From an uncultured Gammaproteobacteria bacterium (GTDB lineage Bacteria; Patescibacteriota; Microgenomatia; UBA10105; UBA927), in assembly GCA_964527425.1 (NCBI GenBank), contig CAZGOA010000003.1, positions 29,941 through 93,940 of the forward strand: 64,000 bases of DNA, in the 5' to 3' direction. Positions 58,377 to 64,000 of the stretch are shown here, piece by piece. The stretch's first letter is position 1. Every line of letters starts with the position of its first letter. The translations under genes were made by a program, and so were the position numbers. Below the pieces are notes generated by a model. It was given only the letters and a program-made list of their open reading frames with translations, was not told where the DNA came from and made no database searches.

Positions 58377-58400
58377 TACATATGGGTTTATAATGAACTC

Positions 58401-58988
58401 ATGAAGACAACAATTCATTTAGTTCGTCACGGAGAAGTTCATAATCCTCAACAGATTTTTTATGGCAGAATACCGGGATATGTTTTAAGTGAAAACGGTA
58501 TACAACAAGTGCATAGACTGGGAAAACACCTTCAGCATAACAAGATTAAAAAAATTTATGCTAGTCCTTTAGATCGCACAAAACAAACAGCTCAAATTAT
58601 AGCTGAATATTTTCCGGAAATTGAAATTGTTCATGATGAACGACTCATTGAGGTAGATTCTCCGACTGAAGGGCAATTATTACATACATTATCTGGACAT
58701 AATTTTAATTTTTATCATGACAAATACCGTGGAAACGGTGAAACAATAAACGATATCGTTGAGAGAATGACGAGAGCTATTGATGAGTTTGCAACAATTC
58801 ACACTGGTGAAGAAATTATTGCTGTATCTCATGGTGATCCTATTATGATTACCCGCACTCACTATGGAAGAAAAGAGAAAGTACAATTTGCACATTTGCG
58901 TTCAGATGCATATATTGAAACGGCTCATGGAATAACACTTACGTTTGAACATGATACAGTAACAGTGAGTGATATTATTCCTGTTTAA
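58401..58988 (+). CDS. histidine phosphatase family protein (phosphoglycerate mutase-like)
   Basis: IHLVRHGEV (catalytic RHG) and a later H. Confidence 0.7.
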   Translation: MKTTIHLVRHGEVHNPQQIFYGRIPGYVLSENGIQQVHRLGKHLQHNKIKKIYASPLDRTKQTAQIIAEYFPEIEIVHDERLIEVDSPTEGQLLHTLSGHNFNFYHDKYRGNGETINDIVERMTRAIDEFATIHTGEEIIAVSHGDPIMITRTHYGRKEKVQFAHLRSDAYIETAHGITLTFEHDTVTVSDIIPV

Positions 58989-58999
58989 TAAAAGGACGT

Positions 59000-59383
59000 A
59001 TGAAATTTGATGATGCAACATTGAAACAGAAATTAACTGAGGAGCAGTATTATATTTGCCGGATGGGTGGAACTGAGCCTGCCTTTAGTGGGAAGTATTG
59101 GGATCATCATGAGCAAGGTGTGTATCATTGTGTTGTTTGTAATACTCCATTGTTTGAATCGTCTACTAAATTTGAGTCAGGTTCTGGTTGGCCTAGCTTT
59201 TTTCAACCGGTACATGATACTGCAATTAAACTCGAGTCCGATGAAAGTCATGGGATGATACGCACGGAGGTAAAGTGTAACACCTGTGATTCTCATTTAG
59301 GCCATGTGTTTTTGGATGGACCTAAACCTACGGGGAAGCGGTTTTGTATGAATTCTGCGGCTCTGGAGTTTGTAAAACAATAA
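59000..59383 (+). CDS. msrB: peptide-methionine (R)-S-oxide reductase
   Basis: YHCVVCNTPLF...SGSGWPSF...CNTCDSHLGHVF (2 CxxC motifs plus catalytic region). Confidence 0.9.
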   Translation: MKFDDATLKQKLTEEQYYICRMGGTEPAFSGKYWDHHEQGVYHCVVCNTPLFESSTKFESGSGWPSFFQPVHDTAIKLESDESHGMIRTEVKCNTCDSHLGHVFLDGPKPTGKRFCMNSAALEFVKQ

Positions 59384-59386
59384 TAC

Positions 59387-59896
59387 CTACTGGTTAGAAA
59401 TACCTTTTTTGTATTGGATGTTACCGATAACTGCACAAGCCAAAATCCCATCTATTAGTTTTTCTACTCTTTCGGGAGGCATGCTAAATGGTAATTCGGA
59501 AAGTTGTTTCTCTATAGCTGACCACGTTTGAGAACTATCTATTTCTACGTTTCCTGATGATAAATTTAACATAATTATCTCTTGAGTTATAGTGGCTATT
59601 TCTCTTGGATCATTCATACCCGTATTTGGACACAGGAATACGTTCGCAGCGTTACGATCAAATTGAATGAAGCCTTTTAAATAATTATTTGGCAGAAATT
59701 TATCAGGGTTAATTTGCCATTGATTATGTTGCATGTCTGCACCTACCGTAAAATCAGGCAGATTTCTTCCAGTGGTATAAGACTTTAATAATGCATCTGC
59801 AGGCGTATACAGCACCTCAGTTGGCTTAAATCCGGGAAGCACTACTTCAAACGTAGTACTAGTTAACGATTTTCTTTCGACTTCAAATAGACCCAT
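59387..59896 (-). CDS. hypothetical protein
   Basis: 169 aa ORF with no family recognised. Confidence 0.4.
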   Translation of the reverse strand: MGLFEVERKSLTSTTFEVVLPGFKPTEVLYTPADALLKSYTTGRNLPDFTVGADMQHNQWQINPDKFLPNNYLKGFIQFDRNAANVFLCPNTGMNDPREIATITQEIIMLNLSSGNVEIDSSQTWSAIEKQLSELPFSMPPERVEKLIDGILACAVIGNIQYKKGISNQ

Positions 59897-59962
59897 AGTT
59901 TATTATATAGTATAAAATGGTATAATACTCTAAATATAGGTAAAAATCAAAAAATTCCCTTT

Positions 59963-60766
59963 ATGAAAGCAAAAAAACGATATCCTATCAATAACTCTAA
60001 ACCGCATCATACCTCTTGGCAAGGCGTAAGTCGGTGGTATGCAGAGAGCACAAAAGATGCTGGCCATTACTACCATAAACACGTTGTTATTCCTGGGGTT
60101 CTTCAGTTATTGGATTTGCATAAAAAAGATAGCGTGCTGGATTTGGCTTGTGGGAGTGGTGTGTTGGCAAGAGCTTTACCCAAAGATATTGAATATATGG
60201 GTGTTGATATTGCGCCAACGCTTATTGATGAAGCAAAAAAACAAGATAGCCAGCCCAATCATCAGTATGTGTATGGAGATGTTACAAAACATACCTTAAC
60301 AACTCGTGATGGGAAGTTTCGTCAATTTAGTCATGTAACGTGTGTATTAGCACTTCAAAATATAAAAGAACCCTGGAAAGCAATAAAAACTGCTGCTAAA
60401 CATGTAAAGGCGGGAGGGATGTTTATTATCGTGATGAATCACCCGGCTTTTAGAATACCTCGTCAATCCTCATGGGGTGTGGATGAGGAAAATAAACTGC
60501 AGTATCGTAAAGTAAATCGGTATATGAGCTCATTGGAAATCCCGATGACGATGCATCCGGGGAAAGGTGCTTCTTCTCCGATCACCTGGTCGTATCACTA
60601 CCCACTTTCTTCGTATAGTGCCTGGTTAAAACAAGAAGGGTTTTTGATACGTGAGTTGCAAGAATGGACAAGTGATAAAGAAAGTGAAGGAAGAACAAAA
60701 AGAATGGAAGATAGAGCCAGAAACGAGATTCCATTATTTTTATGTATTGTGGCAATAAAAGTGTAA
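59963..60766 (+). CDS. class I SAM-dependent methyltransferase
   Basis: VLDLACGSGVLA (motif I) and a downstream acidic residue. Confidence 0.7.
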   Translation: MKAKKRYPINNSKPHHTSWQGVSRWYAESTKDAGHYYHKHVVIPGVLQLLDLHKKDSVLDLACGSGVLARALPKDIEYMGVDIAPTLIDEAKKQDSQPNHQYVYGDVTKHTLTTRDGKFRQFSHVTCVLALQNIKEPWKAIKTAAKHVKAGGMFIIVMNHPAFRIPRQSSWGVDEENKLQYRKVNRYMSSLEIPMTMHPGKGASSPITWSYHYPLSSYSAWLKQEGFLIRELQEWTSDKESEGRTKRMEDRARNEIPLFLCIVAIKV

Positions 60767-60769
60767 CTA

Positions 60770-61762
60770 CTACAACGCACTTCTAAAAAACTCCAGATCT
60801 CTTTCTACTACCGTATTCCAACTTCCTGACATATTGTGATCTGCTCCTGGATATCGGTAATAGGTGAAGTCTTTTTTATTATTTAGTAATGCTGCAAACT
60901 GATCGCTCCATGTGACAGGAACTGCATCGTCTGATGTACCTTGATGAAGAATGATCGGTCCTGATAAACGGTCTACATACGTTCTAAAGGTAAATTGATC
61001 TACATCATAGAGTCCTTCAAATCGGGCTAGTTCTCCTCTAAGAAATTTCCCCTGATCGGATAATTCATCAGTAAAATACAAAATTGAATATGGGAATGGT
61101 TTGGAAACTGGCGCCCAAAGCGTTGTCGGGAATGGTTTATTGGTAATTGCTAAGACTGTGAGAGCGATATGTCCCCCATTGCTGTGCCCCCAGATACCAA
61201 TACGATCAGGATCTGCTTTGGGTAGAGTTGAAACTGAAGAAAGTAAATCTAGTGCTGTTGTGTAGGTCTGGAAGCGTTCTTCCAATACAATAGTTGATGG
61301 CATCTCTGAGTCACCATAGCCCAAAAAATCAGGAGCTAGTGTTATATAGCCGTTTCTGGCGTACACTTGGCCACTTCTGCTTGTACCAATTCCGGTTTGA
61401 TATATTTCCCGATCTACATAGCCTCTGAATTGAAGGATTACCGGGAAAGGACCGTCGCCGTTAGGTATGTTGGCAAGTCCAGTTACCTTTTTGCCCTGGG
61501 TGGTATATGAAAATTTATACGAAGTATATGAATCAAATGATTCTATAACCTGATCAAGAGATATTGGACCTGCTTGAGGAGTTTGCTTAGATAACTCTAA
61601 TATTGAATACTTTAACAAAGGTCGAGGTATGTCAACTGCAGACTCTTGTGACAGTGGAGTGATACGTTGAAACGTTCGCATGTCATACAGATATACGAGT
61701 GAAACGGTACCAATTACTCCTAACATTATTCCCAGTACCAAGACCAACATATTGTGTTTCAC
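60770..61762 (-). CDS. alpha/beta hydrolase (dienelactone-hydrolase/peptidase S9-like), N-terminal TM anchor
   Basis: GHSNGGH nucleophile elbow and a downstream Asp/His. Confidence 0.6.
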   Translation of the reverse strand: MKHNMLVLVLGIMLGVIGTVSLVYLYDMRTFQRITPLSQESAVDIPRPLLKYSILELSKQTPQAGPISLDQVIESFDSYTSYKFSYTTQGKKVTGLANIPNGDGPFPVILQFRGYVDREIYQTGIGTSRSGQVYARNGYITLAPDFLGYGDSEMPSTIVLEERFQTYTTALDLLSSVSTLPKADPDRIGIWGHSNGGHIALTVLAITNKPFPTTLWAPVSKPFPYSILYFTDELSDQGKFLRGELARFEGLYDVDQFTFRTYVDRLSGPIILHQGTSDDAVPVTWSDQFAALLNNKKDFTYYRYPGADHNMSGSWNTVVERDLEFFRSAL

Positions 61763-61849
61763 CTCTATAGTGTATCAAACAAGAAACATTGACACTCCCT
61801 TTGTATTCTGTACAACAAAATAATACATGCGCTATAGTAGTGATTACGT

Positions 61850-62827
61850 ATGAAAAAACCTTTTTCTATTTCATCAACCATTCGACTTTTTATTACCGGA
61901 TTTGGTATGGGTACTGCGGATCTAGTGCCGGGGGTATCCGGGGGAACTATCGCTTTCTTGTCTGGTATTTATGAGGAACTACTCTACTCCATTAAACTCA
62001 TATCAGGAAAAGTCCTCAGAACCTTTCTCCAAGGGAACATCGTTGAAGCGATACGGATGGTTCCATTTACTTTTTTAGTTCCACTTGCCTTTGGATTATT
62101 TAGTGCAATTCTCGTGTTATCAAAATTATTCGCCTACCTTTTTGAATTCCATGCTGTTGTTACCTGGTCTTTTTTCTTCGGGTTAGTTCTGGCTTCTACA
62201 GTTGTTGTTGCCAAACGAATTACTAAGTGGTCTTTTGTTACTGTCGGTTTATTTCTGGTTTCTGCTGTTGCTGCGTATATATTAGTGGGTGCAGTACCAG
62301 TAGAAACCCCAAATACGCTGTTGTTTTTCTTTTTGAGTGGCATGATTGCAATTTGTGCCATGATTCTGCCTGGCATATCAGGATCATTTATGCTGCTGTT
62401 GATGGGTAAATATCAACAGTTATTGGCGGCAGTAAATTCTCGGGACGTACTCACGTTGCTTGTCTTTATGCTTGGAGCCGCTGTGGGAATTTCTCTTTTT
62501 TCAAGACTATTAACCTACCTTTTTGCGAAATATCATAATATTTTGGTCAGTATCTTAGCTGGGTTTATGCTTGGATCGATCAGAAAAATCTGGCCGTATA
62601 AGGAAGTGCTTATGACAAGAGTAAACAGTCATGGCGATATTGTTCCGGTAGTAGAAGCAAACATTCTTCCAGCACTTAACGCAGGAGTACTCTTTGCACT
62701 GCTGTTTGCTGTAGCAGGATTTTTTCTGGTAATGTGGATGGATAAATTTCAACTCACAAAAGAACAGCATAAAGATATTGAGGATAAAGATTTTAAAAAA
62801 ATCATGAAAGAAGCAGAATCAAGTTAA
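61850..62827 (+). CDS. DUF368 family membrane protein (PopT-like putative polyprenyl-phosphate transporter)
   Basis: GMGTADLVPGVSGGTIAFLSGIYEEL and a second PGISGSFMLL repeat are DUF368 hallmarks. Confidence 0.7.
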   Translation: MKKPFSISSTIRLFITGFGMGTADLVPGVSGGTIAFLSGIYEELLYSIKLISGKVLRTFLQGNIVEAIRMVPFTFLVPLAFGLFSAILVLSKLFAYLFEFHAVVTWSFFFGLVLASTVVVAKRITKWSFVTVGLFLVSAVAAYILVGAVPVETPNTLLFFFLSGMIAICAMILPGISGSFMLLLMGKYQQLLAAVNSRDVLTLLVFMLGAAVGISLFSRLLTYLFAKYHNILVSILAGFMLGSIRKIWPYKEVLMTRVNSHGDIVPVVEANILPALNAGVLFALLFAVAGFFLVMWMDKFQLTKEQHKDIEDKDFKKIMKEAESS

Positions 62828-63588
62828 TCAAGTTGCACCTGATTTTTTTTACGATCGTTGAGAATGAGCTGTTTTCGTAATTGAGGAGTCAAAAAAAATA
62901 CCTGAATATCTGAAGCACGTACTCGCCTTGTTCCTCCCCATAACCACGACACAATCTGAGAATCAAACGTATGAAAGGCTTTTCTATAGTTTGGAAAATT
63001 GACTATGTCCCAGGTAGGAAGTCCATTACGTGATAATAAGCGTACCAGATGACTGATGCCAAAAAGCGGTGCGTTACGGTACAACGCTAGTACTGATAAT
63101 CGATTAAATGAATCTATATATTTCTCAGGATTATCAAGAATCCAACAGAGATTCTGAAAATCTTCTTTTATTTGCTTAATTTTTGCAATTGGCATGGAAT
63201 GTCCTTCGTTTTTATTGAAGTTCAACACATGAAGCACCAAAAACCGATCAAACGGTTTTATGATATATGGATCTGTACTGCCATGACTTACCCTAAATGG
63301 TGAATCACCGACATACATATGTGGCTCAGCAATAATATTTCCAACTCGCACATAATCATTCCGGATATCCACATATTCGAGTGGTTGAGTCACTTGGTTT
63401 TCAGAACTACTTCCAGATATTGGCATGAGTGAGGAGCATGAAGAATTGCGGGCAGATCTTGCCAATCTGACTCTCTCATCCCTTTGAGCAGGTATTGATT
63501 GCATATACACACCGTATGGATGCCCTGTTTCAATCAAATGGTGTGGGAAGTCGATGTTTCTTCCTGATTCCTTTGTCTGTGCGCTCAT
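62824..63588 (-). CDS. hypothetical protein
   Basis: 254 aa ORF with no family recognised. Confidence 0.4.
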   Translation of the reverse strand: MSAQTKESGRNIDFPHHLIETGHPYGVYMQSIPAQRDERVRLARSARNSSCSSLMPISGSSSENQVTQPLEYVDIRNDYVRVGNIIAEPHMYVGDSPFRVSHGSTDPYIIKPFDRFLVLHVLNFNKNEGHSMPIAKIKQIKEDFQNLCWILDNPEKYIDSFNRLSVLALYRNAPLFGISHLVRLLSRNGLPTWDIVNFPNYRKAFHTFDSQIVSWLWGGTRRVRASDIQVFFLTPQLRKQLILNDRKKNQVQLD

Positions 63589-63644
63589 GAGTGCAATGAT
63601 GGGTTATGAACAAGTAAAGTTGAAGGCAGTGAATACTTTTTTAG

Positions 63645-63716
63645 TGGGTGTGCATAGAATCGAACTATGTACCTCTTTCTTATCAGGAAAGCGTTCTACC
63701 AATGAACTACACACCC
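63645..63716 (-). tRNA. tRNA-Ile (anticodon GAU)
   Basis: The reverse complement, GGGTGTGTAGTTCATTGGTAGAACGCTTTCCTGATAAGAAAGAGGTACATAGTTCGATTCTATGCACACCCA, folds as a 72 nt cloverleaf with anticodon loop CTGATAA. Confidence 0.75.
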
Positions 63717-63793
63717 AAATTGAGATTTATAAGAGCCTTATTGTATCATGGAAATAATCAAAAATTAAAGTATTATGAGGAACTCATCATCCC

Positions 63794-64000
63794 ATGTCTG
63801 AAAATCAAATCTTTGAAGGTGTCTACACCAAAGGAAATCCATTGAGTCATTCGAGTAGTTCTTCCAGAATTACAGGAATTTCTAATGAAATTATCGTCAG
63901 AGGACAAGAAGCAACAATTCATAAAGCAAATATACTTTCTGTTGGTTCATATGATGTAACTCAACATCCCCTACCTGTTGTAATAAGAAGAATGAGAAAT
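63794..64000 (+). CDS. hypothetical protein, N-terminal fragment (runs off window)
   Basis: Open frame from the ATG at ~63794 to the window end (MSENQIFEGVYTKGNPLSH...). No family recognised. Confidence 0.2.
   Translation, partial: MSENQIFEGVYTKGNPLSHSSSSSRITGISNEIIVRGQEATIHKANILSVGSYDVTQHPLPVVIRRMRN

Noticed and set aside
116-62770. Numerous 60-130 aa antisense or alternate-frame ORFs in the track (e.g. 116-340, 397-618, 1309-1515, 14142-14426, 22664-22927, 38377-38619, 50188-50400, 54682-54930)
   Set aside because: Each is fully nested in, or antisense to, a long ORF with clear homology or a coherent membrane topology. Their products are low-complexity, so they are treated as shadow ORFs.
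63554-63845. Two plus-strand ORFs (63554-63757 and 63648-63845)
   Set aside because: Both overlap the minus-strand tRNA-Ile gene and have no RBS or homology. They are spurious.

Overview
This 64 kb window comes from a low-GC, gene-dense bacterial chromosome, standard code 11, with few spacers over 150 bp. The content is housekeeping-like with a Terrabacteria/CPR-type flavour. Recognisable housekeeping genes include a PPase C-terminus, gyrA, bcp, folD, a Xer-type recombinase, a YebC-family regulator, tgt, an RluA-family synthase, lgt, pepA, dnaB, hisS, rpmE and the rpsF-ssb-rpsR operon. The window also holds glyA, glmS, dcd, tdk, msrB, a DUF368 protein and tRNA-Leu(CAA) and tRNA-Ile(GAU), both on the minus strand. 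About 20 further ORFs have no recognisable family. The most conspicuous feature outside the genes is a lineage-specific composite palindromic repeat family, BIME/MITE-like. It has a roughly 39 nt hairpin module (TCGATCCGGGATGCAGACATTCGTCCGATCCCGGATCGG) and a 21 nt perfect-palindrome module (CTTCCGATCCGGGATCGGAAG), and it occupies at least 9 intergenic sites, some as tandem arrays. It is associated with a 144 bp tandem duplication of the glmS 3' end and with artefactual ORF extensions. Other notable points: (1) an RF1-type release factor that lacks its N-terminal domain; (2) a structured 5' leader upstream of glmS that may be a glmS ribozyme; (3) a recurring -10 element 6 to 8 nt upstream of the ATG, suggesting leaderless transcripts; (4) a translationally coupled pair of paralogous hypothetical proteins sharing a TSGCP[FL]GH motif; (5) two stand-alone SET-domain proteins; (6) a roughly 1 kb gene-free convergent region with a repeated ACACTTTTTGAGGCT-like motif. 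I found no CRISPR array, intact transposase or rRNA. Coordinates of short motifs were derived by hand and may be off by 1 to 2 nt.
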